Shown piece after piece: positions 26,106 to 36,652 of a stretch of DNA of 64,000 bases (position 1 is its first letter; every line of letters starts with the position of its first letter). This DNA is from an uncultured Planctomycetota bacterium (GTDB lineage: Bacteria; Planctomycetota; Planctomycetia; Isosphaerales; Isosphaeraceae), in assembly GCA_963823665.1 (NCBI GenBank), contig CAWGMQ010000008.1, positions 576,001 through 640,000 on the forward strand, given 5' to 3'. Position numbers and translations under genes: made by a program. Under the pieces are notes generated by a model, which did no database searches, had not been told where the DNA came from, and worked only from the letters and a program-made list of their open reading frames with translations.

Positions 26106-26858
26106 ATGCCGATCCACGATTGGTCTCGTGTGCCCGCCGGGCTATTTCACCACTTCCACCAGGACTGGTCGATTGAAATCGCGCGTATGCTCAATCGCGG
26201 GCGATTGCCGAAGGGCCTCTCTGCACTCGTTGAACAGCGGTCTGGCCCACTCGAGTCGGACGTCCTGGCGATCGAGTTCGGCTCGAAAAAGAAACTTGAC
26301 GACGGGCTTGAGGGCGGAGTGGCGACGGAGGTGCCTCCGGTCACAAGGATCATCAGGCGAAGCTCGAACCACGTCTATGCGAGCCGGGCCAACCGGGTCG
26401 TCGTCAAACACCATTTGGGTCGAATCGTTGCGGTGATCGAAATCGTCTCGCCGGGAAACAAGGACAGTCGGGCAGCCATTCGGGATTTCGTCGAGAAGAC
26501 GGTCGACTTCTTACGCAAAGGCGTGCATGTCCTGGACATTGATCTGTTTCCTCCGACTCCACGCGATCCATACGGCATTCACAAGGCCATCTGGGACGAA
26601 ATTGTCGAGGAAGACTTCACGTTTCCGGACGGTAAGGATCGAATTCTGGTCTCGTACCAGACCGGCCGAGAGCGAGCCGCCTACATCGAACCAATCGGCG
26701 TGGGTGACACTCTACCGGATATGCCGCTTTTCCTGACAACCGACCTGCACATCGTGGTCCCGCTCGAGCCAACTTACCAAACGACGTGGCTCGCGAGCCC
26801 GGCCGATTTCCGCGACGCTGTCGAAACGGGGGTCGTCCCCGACCCGGATGCGGAATGA
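26106..26858 (+). CDS. DUF4058 family protein (PD-(D/E)xK-like)
   Basis: MPIHDWSRVPAGLFHHFHQDW, VAVIEIVSPGNK, LPDMPLFL..VPLEPTY. Confidence 0.85.
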   Translation: MPIHDWSRVPAGLFHHFHQDWSIEIARMLNRGRLPKGLSALVEQRSGPLESDVLAIEFGSKKKLDDGLEGGVATEVPPVTRIIRRSSNHVYASRANRVVVKHHLGRIVAVIEIVSPGNKDSRAAIRDFVEKTVDFLRKGVHVLDIDLFPPTPRDPYGIHKAIWDEIVEEDFTFPDGKDRILVSYQTGRERAAYIEPIGVGDTLPDMPLFLTTDLHIVVPLEPTYQTTWLASPADFRDAVETGVVPDPDAE

Positions 26859-26879
26859 GTGGACCAGGTGCCGTCGCGA

Positions 26880-27774
26880 TCAAGGCTTAGCGGGTGCCGG
26901 CTTCAAATATCGATCCAAGAACTCGAACGTCTCGTTCTTGGTTCGGTCCAGCTCCGGGCCGCCCCAGCCGTGCTGGGCTCCGATCAGGAGCTCGACGCGG
27001 CCCGGGATGCCGGCCGCGTTCATCGCATCGGCGAGCTTGATCGCCTGGGTGTAGGGGACGAGCGGGTCGTTGGTGCCCTGGAACGTGAGCATCGGTGCGT
27101 CGTCCTTCGATATGAACGTGATCGGCGAAGCCTTGCGCGGCTTCCAGGGGTTTGTCTTCGGGCGATCCGCCCAAGAAGTCTTTGACGAGCGGCTTCGAGA
27201 TGGCCGGAATGTCTCGCGCCGCCAGATCGGTCGGTCCGAAGTAGTTCACGACGGCCTTGACGCGGCTGTCGGGCGCACCGGCGGGGGCATCCCCTTCAAG
27301 ATTGGCGTTCGGGCCCGTCACGCCGAGCATGAGCGCCAGATGGCCGCCGGCCGAGAAACCGATTGCCCCGATCCGGTCCGGGTCGACCTGAAATTTCTTG
27401 GCATTGGTCTTGATGAAGCGCACCGCGGCCTTGACATCGTGGACCTGCGCGGGAAATGCATTCTTGGGGCAGAACCGATACTGCGGAGAGACCGCAACGT
27501 AACCGTGCTTGGTGAATTCGGCCATGATCGGCCGAACGTCGGCCTTGTTCCCCGCGCGCCAGGCTCCGCCGTGAATGACGAACACGGCAGGGAACGTGCC
27601 CTCTTTCGCGGCTGGCCGGGCGATGTCGAGCTTGAGCTCGTCCGTTCCTACCTTCGAGTAAACGATGTCCTGCTCGCTCAGGGCCTTGGCGGGCTCATCG
27701 GCAGGGCACATGAGCGGCGAAGAGAAGAGGAACGTGAAAGCCAGACTCGTTCGGAACACCCATCGAGAGGTCAT
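26880..27774 (-). CDS. Alpha/beta hydrolase (BD-FAE/lipase-esterase like), frameshift near 27130
   Basis: IHGGAW, GFSAGGHL (GxSxG), QGTNDPLVP, GAQHGW; signal peptide. Confidence 0.9.
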
Positions 27775-27947
27775 GTGAGCGACTCCTGATTCGATCGACA
27801 ACTTGACGCGGCGGTTCGCGAGAAATCGCTATCATAGCGGCTGAGCGGGCCGGATGCGCGCGGCCAAGTGGCCATGACGGCGCTTTCCATCGGCGGCGCG
27901 ACTGGGTAGACTGGCCTGTGACACTTGTGAGAGCGAGGATCTCCGCC

Positions 27948-29462
27948 ATGGCCCAGCTTGCCGCACCGGCTCGATCGATTGGCCGCCGGATCCGTAATCA
28001 CTGGCGCGGAATTGCCGTGGGCTCGGCGCTTGTGCTGGTTTTTGGGGTGATCACGCTATCAACGCTTCTCAATGAGATCCAGCAGGCCGATCGTAGATAT
28101 GCCGCAGCCGCCGCGGAGGCCGATCGGCTCGACCCCCGCTGGCGACTTGACGATATCCTGGCGGCTCGAGAGAAGGTTGCCGACTCGGAGAACTCGGTGC
28201 TCAAGGTGCGGGAAATCGCCGGCAAGCTTCCGGGTGGATGGCCTGGAATCAAGCACTACGACCAGTCGTTCTCAGTCGAGGGGGAAACGCCCGAGGTGCG
28301 CCTGAGCCAGGAGCGGATCGAGCAGCTCCAGAGCGTGTTCGAGGCGGCGGAGGACGTGGTTGCAGAGGCCCGGCTGCTCTCGGATTACCCCCGCGGGCAG
28401 CTCGACGGAGTGCGCCCCAAGGCCGAGCGGCTGGAGCAGGTCGGTGGATTGAACGTCGCTCGTCGACGTGAATTTTCCGTACGGTGAAGACGTTCACCGG
28501 GTTGTGTTCCTGCTGTGGGTCGACGCCAAGCTTCGTATCGAGACGGGCGATCTGGAGACGGCGATTCTCGACTTTCGAGCAATGGTGAATGCCGGCCGCT
28601 CGATCGGCGATTATCCCGGGGTTTCCGCCCAGATGTCGCGCGCCGGGGGGTTCTGGAAGGTGATTCCCTGTCTTGAGACGGCGCTGTGCAGGGGCAGGCG
28701 GCGGGCACGTCGCTGGCGGCTCTCCAGGCACTCATGGAGGACGAAGCGCAAAAGCCTTCGAGGATGATCGCCATCCGCGGCGAGAGAGCCATCATCGATG
28801 ACTTGTTCCAGCAAATCAACGCGGGCAAGCTGGGCCGCTCGGCCATTCCCAGCTATTCCGACTACCCGTTCTGGGTGAAAGCGATCAGCAGCGGCGCCAA
28901 CATTCGGGAGAATCAGGCGAATCTGCTGCACTTACACACTCGCCAGGTGGAGGCCGCTCGCTTGCCTGAAACGGAGCAAATCGAAGCCATGAAGGCGCGG
29001 AACGACGAATGGGTCGCGCAAGCGAGAGAATGGGGCTTTCTGGAGCGGGAGCGTCGCCTGACGGAAAGGTTGCTCTTCGGGCGAGCTGGTGGTGCGCCAA
29101 CGTGGCTGGGAATGGGCGATGCTCAGCTTCGCACGGCGATCGCTGCGCTGGCCGCAGAGCGGTACCGCATTGATCACGGACGATGGCCGGAATCGCTCGA
29201 GGAGCTTGTCCCGAAGTACGTTCTTCAAGTACCCCGTGACCCGTTCACGAAAGGCCCGCTCAAGCTGCTCAAGCTGCCGGATGGGCTCTTCATCTATTCG
29301 GTTGGATATGACGGTAAGGACGATGGCGGCAAGATCAACCCCAAGATGCGGACCCGCGATGGCGCGGACACGGGGTTTCGCTTATGGGACGTCAAGCGGC
29401 GGCGGCAGGCTGCGGGGACGGGTGCTGCGGGCAAGTCTGGGCCGATGAGAAGCGGGCCTTAA
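27948..29462 (+). CDS. Membrane-anchored planctomycete hypothetical protein with pseudopilin-like C-terminus (frameshifted)
   Basis: N-terminal TM helix, ADRLDPRWRLDD; C-terminal ALAAERYRIDHGRWPESLEELVP..PRDPF..IYSVGYDGKDDGG. Confidence 0.7.
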
Positions 29463-29535
29463 TGACGAGCTTCGCGGTGAGGGCTTCGGCGTTTTTTGTT
29501 GCGCGACCGCTTTGTGGCAGCGGCGACCGGCATGC

Positions 29536-29696
29536 ACCCCCCCTGGCCCCCCCTTCTAAAGGGGGGGAAAGGGAGGGGCGGGGTTTACGCTGGAGAATGG
29601 TGCTTCGGTCGGATCACTGGCGGGTGGCGCCGCTTACCCCCCCATTCCCCCCGTCCAAAAGGGGGGAAAGGGAGGGGCGGGGTTTACGCTGGAGAA
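29536..29696. repeat. Two ~61-nt REP-like copies between convergent genes
   Basis: 29536-29597 and 29636-29696 share C-run/G-run hairpins followed by an identical gggggaaagggaggggcggggtttacgctggagaa. Confidence 0.85.
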
Positions 29697-29700
29697 ATGC

Positions 29701-30708
29701 TCAGAACCAGAGTGTCTTGTCGACCACGTTCAGGAGCGGCTCGCCGCGCGCGAAGCGTCGCACGTTTTCCACCAGTGCCGCGAGGTGCCTGGCGGCGATC
29801 ACGGTCGAATAACCGGCGGTATGAGGTGTCAAAATCACGTTTGGGAATTCCCACAGGGGGTGCTGCGGCGGCAGGGGCTCGATCTGGTAGACGTCGAGCG
29901 CGGCTCCGGCGAGCTTACCGGCTTTGAGCGCGGCGACCAGATCATCGAGCACGACGATCGCCCCGCGGCCGATGTTGATCAAGTAGCTGCTCGGGCGAAG
30001 ATGAGCGAGCGTCTTGGCGTTGAACCATCCCTCTGTCTCGGGGGTGTGCGGCGCGGCGATCACGGCGAAGTCGCTCCACCGCAGCAGCTCGGCCAGGCCG
30101 TCAACTCCCGCGACCGATTGAACGCCTTCCGGAGGCTTCACGCGCTCGGGAAATCGATCGACGCCGCGGACTGATATTCCAAATGCCATTGCTCGGCGGG
30201 CGATGTCGCAGCCGATTCCGCCCATACCGATGATCCCGAGCGTGGACTCGGGAAGATAGATCGTGGCGCGATCCATGTCGTTGACGACTCCCGGACCGGT
30301 TTGATTGCTGACGCGCGCCGACTCGCCCCCCAGCGGCTCATACCGGTGCTCGACCTGGCGGCGGATGTAGGTGTGCAAGTTGCGCGCGAAGCAGAGCACG
30401 TAGCCCATCACCTGGTCGGCGATCACGTCGCCGAAGAGACCGCGCACGTTGGTGAGCACGCACGGATGCGTCACCAGGTCTGGAAACATGTAGTGCTCGA
30501 GGCTGGCGGTGAAGGACTGGACCCAACGGAGACGGTCGGCGGCCTTCAGCATTGCCGGCGTGATCTTTCCCACGAACGCGTCGGCGCCTGGCATCGCGGC
30601 TTCGGCTTCGGCGGCGGTCGCGGCGTTGACGATTGAAGCACCTCCCGAGGCTGTCTGGAGAGCGTGGAGCCGATCCGCCTCGACCGCCGGATGGATTACT
30701 AGCTTCAT
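29701..30708 (-). CDS. D-2-hydroxyacid dehydrogenase
   Basis: GIIGMGGIG, LINIGRG, GAALDV..EPL, ILTPHTAG. Confidence 0.93.
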   Translation of the reverse strand: MKLVIHPAVEADRLHALQTASGGASIVNAATAAEAEAAMPGADAFVGKITPAMLKAADRLRWVQSFTASLEHYMFPDLVTHPCVLTNVRGLFGDVIADQVMGYVLCFARNLHTYIRRQVEHRYEPLGGESARVSNQTGPGVVNDMDRATIYLPESTLGIIGMGGIGCDIARRAMAFGISVRGVDRFPERVKPPEGVQSVAGVDGLAELLRWSDFAVIAAPHTPETEGWFNAKTLAHLRPSSYLINIGRGAIVVLDDLVAALKAGKLAGAALDVYQIEPLPPQHPLWEFPNVILTPHTAGYSTVIAARHLAALVENVRRFARGEPLLNVVDKTLWF

Positions 30709-30750
30709 CGGTGATCCGTTCCTCAAATCGGACGTTTTCGACAGCCCAGT

Positions 30751-31897
30751 TCAGTCGCCCCACGACGGCAGCTCGCCTGGGCGGCGGCAGGCTGCCGTCA
30801 AGTATCGCGCAATCCGGGCTGCGCCGTCAGGGGGAAATGGCGGAGCGGGCGGTTTGACCGCAAGCGCTCGCTCGAGAGCGCGATCGAGCTTGAGCGATTG
30901 GAATTCGCGGGTGGAGATGGGCACGCCCGCGCCCCAGGCGCGGAGGGTGCGATCGAGCGAGCGATGCTCGGCAAAGTTATGGCGCGGCGGATAAATGAGC
31001 GGCGTGCCGCTGGCCATCGCTTCGCAAGCTGTTCCATACCCGGCCTTGGCAAGGACGACGTCACACGACGCGATGAGATCGGCGCCCGTCCAGTCAGCGG
31101 TTGATAAGGCGTGCAGGTTTGCGGGTGCACGATCGGGCAGGGGAGGATATGTGACGAAGTGCACTCCGCGAGATTCGTGAAGACCGAGCGCAGGCCAATC
31201 GAGATCGTTCTGGCCGTAGCGCCCGAAATACAGGTAGGCGACCTTGTCTCTATTCTTGAGGCCGAGGAATTTCCGCAGCTCGTCGCTACGATCCTTGACC
31301 TGGTTGACGACCATGCCGGCATCGTGCACCCTGGGCAGCCACGACATGCTCACGGCCGGCGCCGTGCGGAACGTGGCGGTGGCGCCGCGATAGAGTTGAC
31401 GAAGCTGACGGACGAAACTCGACGGCCTCGGGGCCGGCTTTCCTGGCGTAGGGGGCGTAGATATCGGCCCAGGTGAAGTTGGTCATCAAAAAGCCGGGGA
31501 TTCCCGCCCGCGTGGCAGCCAGCAGCGGCAAGGCCGGCGCGTCGCAAAGCACGGCTGCGTTCTCTTCGCGGACCAATCGCTCGACCTCGTCGTCCAATCG
31601 CTCGAGCGCTTCGGCATGAACCTGGGCCGCCAGCGCGATCGTCGCGGGACCGTCGGTGGCATTGCTATCGCCGGGAGGGTTCACTGCGCCCGAGTCGCAG
31701 ACGAATAACTGGAGCTCGGCCGGACGCCGCAGGCGCTCGCGCCAGTGCCGGAATAGATTCTTGTTCGACTTGACGGTGATCGGTACGTCGCCCGGCACGC
31801 GATTCAGTACGGCGGCCGTTCGGTTCAAGTGGCCGAATCCGTGGCTGGTCACATAAACTGCCAGGCCACCAGTGCGGGAACCAGGCCTGGAACTCAT
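30751..31897 (-). CDS. GT-B glycosyltransferase-like protein (frameshifted)
   Basis: YVTSHGFGH, TNFTWADIY, KAGYGT.CEA, RHNFAEH; the start overlaps the DMT stop (ATGA). Confidence 0.75.
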
Positions 31898-33094
31898 CGA
31901 GTGACCGCCTCGTTGGCGAGGACTAGCCCCGGCAGGGCCGGAATGCTCTGGCTTGACTCCGTGGCCCGACGGACGACGGTCACACCACGTCGAACAACGA
32001 CCCGCGAACCACGCCGCCGCGGCCGGCACGCCCAGTAAATGCCCCCGAGCGTCAGCGCACCGCCGGCAACGAGCGTGGGGGTCAGAACTTCCCCAAAAAG
32101 CCACATTCCCCAGATCGACCGTCAGGATCGGCGACGCATTGCTGAAGGTGGCGACCTGGCTGGCGTCGAAACTGCGCAGAGCCAGATTCTGATAGGCCCA
32201 CGCGAACGGGGTGATGAAGAGCCCGAGGAAGATCAGGGCCGACCAGGCGGATATCGGCACCTGTTTGAGGCTGGACAAGCTGGGAAAGTCGAGGAAAGCA
32301 AAGGGTACCGACATGAGGCAGCCGGTCAGAACGGTGCCGGCCAGGACGGTCATCGCCCCGTGGCGGACGATGAGCGGCTTGCTGACCGCGATGTATCCTC
32401 CCCAAGACGCCACCGCGCCGAGGAGGAGCAAGTCGGATAGCACGACCGAATGAGCGGCGTCGCCGCCGGTGGAACGGTGTTCGAGATAGTGGCCGATGCC
32501 GATCACGACGATTCCTGCCACACTGAGCAGCACACCCGTTAGCCGCGCGAAGTTGGGCCGCTCCATTCGGAAGCTCCATGCCAGGAGCAAGACGACCAGC
32601 GGACAGGTCGCGTAGAACAGAGCGACGTGCGACGTCAGCCCGAGCTTGGTCGCGCTCAGGAAAAAGCCCTGATTGATCGGCACGCAGAGAGCCGCCGCCA
32701 GCACGAGCCTCCATCCATCCTGGCGGATCAAGCGGCCGAGGCCGCCCTTGATCAAGATCAGCGGGACCAGGCAGAGACATGCCAACGCGAACCGCATTAG
32801 CGGAATTGACGCAAGGGGCAGGGAGTGCACAACATATCGTGCTGCCGGAGCGGTGGTCGATCCGACCAGAACCATCAGCGCCACATGGAGATACGCTTGT
32901 CCGGAGGGCTGGTTTGGAACAGGCTCGCTCGTGCTGCGACCCGCGCTTTTTTTCGGTCGATCCGTGTCTGTAAAGTCAAGCTCCGCATCCTTGAGCGATC
33001 CGCCGTCCACCTCGTCCCCAACCACGGCCGTCACCTCGCCTTTGGTGTCTTGCGTCTGTCGCACCGATCTTTCGACATCATCCCGATTCGACAC
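31894..33094 (-). CDS. DMT/EamA family transporter (frameshift near 32110)
   Basis: About 10 hydrophobic segments, RFALA, C-terminal WLFGE.LT...GGALTLGG in ORF 31894..32106. Confidence 0.85.
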
Positions 33095-33165
33095 GAATCA
33101 TCCTAGGTCAAAAGGCAAGAGGGGATTGAGGAATGTCGAGGTGTGCGCGGCGTGCGCATCGTCTC

Positions 33166-33250
33166 GGAGTAGGAGTAAGAATGAGAGTACGATTAGGATT
33201 AGGATTAGGATTAGGATTAGGATTAGGATTAGGATTAGGATTAGGATTAA
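33166..33250. repeat. Hexamer microsatellite (GATTAG)x9+GATTAA preceded by degenerate 6-mers
   Basis: 33191-33250 is ten consecutive units; 33166-33190 reads ggagta ggagta agaatg agagta. Confidence 0.95.
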
Positions 33251-33385
33251 CAGCAAGACGATGGTATGGACGCATCCGGCGCGATCGAGGTTCGCCTTTA
33301 CGGAAGTCCGAACCTGCGATACCGTCTTCGTTGCGGCATGATGCCCGATCCGATGCGAACCTGCTTTCCAGGGATGGAGCTACCA

Positions 33386-34075
33386 ATGAGGAGCGTCGCT
33401 AAAGCCGGGTTTGCGGCGTGGACAGTGGTCGGAGTCGCGGTTCTCGCGGGGTCAGCCGGCGACGTTCGGGCCGATGCGATCAACTTCCTGGATCTGGCAC
33501 CGCAACGGGTTGCATCGCTGGATGTGGGCGGTGTGACGATCACGGGGTCCAACACGCTGGTCATCAACGACGTGCCGGACGCAGGCCCGGAGGGAATCTC
33601 GATCCTTGGAGGCGTGCCCGGCATTGGTTCCGGGGATGCCACGATCGATCCCACGGAATCGGTCACGTTTCACTTTGAAGCCGGGCCTGCCGGCAACATC
33701 GTGTTGGAGCCGTATTTCATCGGCTCATTGCCGAACACGCCTCTGGCGGCCGCGGGCGAGTCGATCATCACCGCGTTCGGGCAGAACGGGCAATCACTGG
33801 GGGCGGTCGCGCTCTTTCCGTCGGACGGTCTTGGGTTTATCAACAACGGTACTGCGTTCAATATCTCGGCGGCTTTCGCCAATCAGCCGATCTCATCATT
33901 TACCTTTCAGCCGGAAGGAAACGCGTTTACCGGGACCTTCGCGACGCTCGCTGGACTGGGATTTACCGCCGTCCCCGAGCCGTCGTCGGTGCTGGCGTGG
34001 GGCGCTGGTGTGTTGATCGCGCTGGGCGAAGTGGTGCGACGACGGCGGAGTGGGCGGTGCAAGACTGCGACGTAG
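33386..34075 (+). CDS. PEP-CTERM sorting-domain protein
   Basis: Signal peptide; C-terminal VPEPSS, hydrophobic stretch and RRRR. Confidence 0.9.
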   Translation: MRSVAKAGFAAWTVVGVAVLAGSAGDVRADAINFLDLAPQRVASLDVGGVTITGSNTLVINDVPDAGPEGISILGGVPGIGSGDATIDPTESVTFHFEAGPAGNIVLEPYFIGSLPNTPLAAAGESIITAFGQNGQSLGAVALFPSDGLGFINNGTAFNISAAFANQPISSFTFQPEGNAFTGTFATLAGLGFTAVPEPSSVLAWGAGVLIALGEVVRRRRSGRCKTAT

Positions 34076-34170
34076 AAAACTCATTTGACGCAGCGCGAAT
34101 TGACTTGTTCTGATGGGCGATGACCCAATTCGAGCGTTCCAGCCGACCGCTCTCCGGGGGATCATTCGCC

Positions 34171-34683
34171 GTGCGTGAGCGCCGCGTTCAGTTCACGATC
34201 CGGACATTGATGATCGCCGTGGGCGTGGTGGCGGGCGCGCTCGCTTTGCTCAAGCGAGCGCCTGAGGGGCTTGCGGTTCTTTTGCTGCTGGGTCTGCCGC
34301 TCTACGGCTTGAGCGTCCTCTTCGGCAAGATTCCGCGGGGGCGCTCCGCCTGGCGGTTCGGGATGTCGGTCGTGATGCTGAGCGTGATCATGCTCGGCAT
34401 GGGTTGGTTCTCGGCGCGAATGTTGATCTCGGTGAGCCGGATGCACGACGCGCCGAACCAGGATCATGGGATGTGGGCAGGGAGTCCTTATCCGCTGTTG
34501 TGTCTGGCGATTCCCGCCGCCGTGACCGCCTTCGGCCTTTTTCTGAATATCGTCGTGCTGGCCGAGCTTTGCGTGTCGCGGCGACGGTTCGGTATTCTGC
34601 TGCTGGTTCCGGCATTCGCTGCGGCGCTTGCACTGGGTTGGATCGGACTGTTCGGTTGGTTGGCTGCCGAGAGATACCACTGA
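34171..34683 (+). CDS. Membrane hypothetical protein
   Basis: QFTIRTLMIAV N-terminus typical of planctomycete membrane proteins; about 5 TM helices. Confidence 0.7.
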   Translation: MRERRVQFTIRTLMIAVGVVAGALALLKRAPEGLAVLLLLGLPLYGLSVLFGKIPRGRSAWRFGMSVVMLSVIMLGMGWFSARMLISVSRMHDAPNQDHGMWAGSPYPLLCLAIPAAVTAFGLFLNIVVLAELCVSRRRFGILLLVPAFAAALALGWIGLFGWLAAERYH

Positions 34684-34697
34684 GGGAGATCGACACG

Positions 34698-36425
34698 ATG
34701 GCAACGTTCGCAACACCCTCCAGAATGCTGTTGATCATGGCCCTGGCACTCGCCACGATGTGCGACCGGTGCGCGAACGCCGATGGCCCGGCAGCCGCGC
34801 AGGTGCGCGACTTGGACTCCGACGGCGACGGGCTTTCGGACTTCCAGGAAATTCATAAATACCGGACTGACCCGGCGAAGAAAGACACAGCCGGTACGGG
34901 CACATCCGACGGGGATTGGTCAGTGCGGCGCGAGTTCACGTACAGCGTGCGCGCGGTGATCCGTGTGATGCCGCCCTACAACCTGGCGGCACTCAACGAC
35001 GATTACCAGGATGTGCGGGTCATCGCGGAGACGAAGGATTACGCCGAGCTTGAGGTCGTCATCTATCCGCTCAACACATGCGCGGGCACGATCACGGGCA
35101 ACCCGAACTGGCGCGTCGAGTATGGCGGCATGACCGAATTCCTTGACCCGGGCGTGACCACCAACTGGGACGCCTCGATGCGGGAGCAGCTTCTGGCGGA
35201 GCTGCGGGGTTCCGGGATCGACCCGGAGAAGTTGACTGATAAGGAAGTCGTCGAGAAGGTGTCACGGTGGATGTACTCGCGAGCCAGGCATCGGAACATG
35301 TTCTGCACTTATTACGTCCACTTTCCGGGCGGAAAAGCAGCGGTGTTCCTGGGGTTGGAGCGAGCCTTCGAGCGGGAGAAAGGCAGCCCGGAGTGGTCGG
35401 TCTCGGAGCAGTTTGCGAGTGAGCTTTTCGGTAAGGAGATGTTCAATCGCAAGGTTTATGGCACTTGCACTTCGGCGGCGGTGGCGCAGGCGACGGTGCT
35501 GCGGGCAGTGGGCATTCCGACGCGGCTGATCATTGCGATCCCGGTGGCGGATGCTTCTGACGACGAGCAAGTCGCGCTGGTGGGGAAGGGGATCACGCAC
35601 CACCAGGTTCGGGGTGTGACGACGACGGCGCTGGCGGCTGCGGGAAAGAGTTTCACGGCGCACACGTTTCTTGAGGTGTTCGTGGGGAATCGATGGCGGC
35701 GGCTGAACTATAATGCGCTCGGGCAGAACGTGCTCGATTCGACTTATCTGGGGCTGATGATTCATGTTCATACGTTCAATGATTTGAGTGAAGCCGGCCT
35801 GGCGCCGACCTGGGGCGCGCGGTATGCGCTGGGTAAGCGAGATGGGGAGTTCAAGTACAGCAATCCTTACAGGGCCGTTGCGCTGGACGATCACTTCGGA
35901 CGGTTTGCCAAGGTGCCGAATCCGGTGGTGGCAGAGAAGGAGCACAAGCGCATCACGATTGACCGGGTGTACTGGGCGGATGCTGCGGATGCCCCGGCCC
36001 AGGTGCGGGCGATGCGGGGCAGTGCCCAACCTGCGGGAAGGTTCTGGATCCATGGGGTGGAGTGGTTTGGCGATGTCAGCTATATCCAGTACAAGAAATT
36101 CATGCAGCGGGCGGACAAGGACTTCGTGCTGGCGGCCAAGGGGCAGCCGGAGATTCCGTGTAGACTGTCGATGAGCTACGTTACTGACCCGAATGCGGGC
36201 GTGCGCGACATGGAGGTGACGATTGCACCTGAGGATTTCGCGAAGATGGCCCGACGCGTGGCTTATGCGCTGCGCCCGGTCAATTCTGTGAAGGAGTACC
36301 AATGGCGGGTCGACGAGGGGGTCATGCTGACGCTTGGGTCGTCGCGAGACGAGAAGCTGGACGCGATCCTGGAGCGACTGGATCGGCTGGAGAAGCGGGT
36401 TGAGGCGCTCGAGAAAAAGCGGTGA
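34698..36425 (+). CDS. Secreted transglutaminase-like (papain-fold) protein with a Ca-binding DSDGDG repeat
   Basis: ATG at 34698 with GGAG RBS; DSDGDGLSDFQE; YGTCTS, LRAVGIPTR, AHTFLEVFVGNRW; C-terminal coiled coil. Confidence 0.75.
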   Translation: MATFATPSRMLLIMALALATMCDRCANADGPAAAQVRDLDSDGDGLSDFQEIHKYRTDPAKKDTAGTGTSDGDWSVRREFTYSVRAVIRVMPPYNLAALNDDYQDVRVIAETKDYAELEVVIYPLNTCAGTITGNPNWRVEYGGMTEFLDPGVTTNWDASMREQLLAELRGSGIDPEKLTDKEVVEKVSRWMYSRARHRNMFCTYYVHFPGGKAAVFLGLERAFEREKGSPEWSVSEQFASELFGKEMFNRKVYGTCTSAAVAQATVLRAVGIPTRLIIAIPVADASDDEQVALVGKGITHHQVRGVTTTALAAAGKSFTAHTFLEVFVGNRWRRLNYNALGQNVLDSTYLGLMIHVHTFNDLSEAGLAPTWGARYALGKRDGEFKYSNPYRAVALDDHFGRFAKVPNPVVAEKEHKRITIDRVYWADAADAPAQVRAMRGSAQPAGRFWIHGVEWFGDVSYIQYKKFMQRADKDFVLAAKGQPEIPCRLSMSYVTDPNAGVRDMEVTIAPEDFAKMARRVAYALRPVNSVKEYQWRVDEGVMLTLGSSRDEKLDAILERLDRLEKRVEALEKKR

Positions 36426-36480
36426 GGTTCCGAAATTCCTTGGCGAAGCTCGGCGCGTCGCCAGCGCTGGCACCGAAGAC

Positions 36481-36503
36481 GGTCCGCAGATAGCGGACCC
36501 TAC
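36481..36503 (-). repeat. GTAG-type REP palindrome
   Basis: Minus strand reads GTAG-GGTCCGC-TATCT-GCGGACC. Confidence 0.6.
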
Positions 36504-36652
36504 GGGTTCAACGCGGATTTCCTCGCTCACAGAAGAATTAGACCTCTTACAGTTGGGACGAGGGAAAAAAGCGAGCCTTGGGGTGCCGTAGCTTTGATTA
36601 TTTTACGTTTATGTGAGCACTTCGAGTCAAAATGCTTTTGAACAGAAGGTAA

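Noticed and set aside
31286..33094. Novel DMT-glycosyltransferase fusion (602 aa)
   Set aside because: Produced by a frameshift near 32110; the true DMT C-terminus is in ORF 31894..32106 and the GT has its own overlapping ATG at 31897.
33191..33250. Telomere or eukaryotic contamination; RIRIRI/NPNPNP peptides
   Set aside because: Only ten units, internal, and flanked by typical bacterial genes; the ORFs crossing it have no other coding features.
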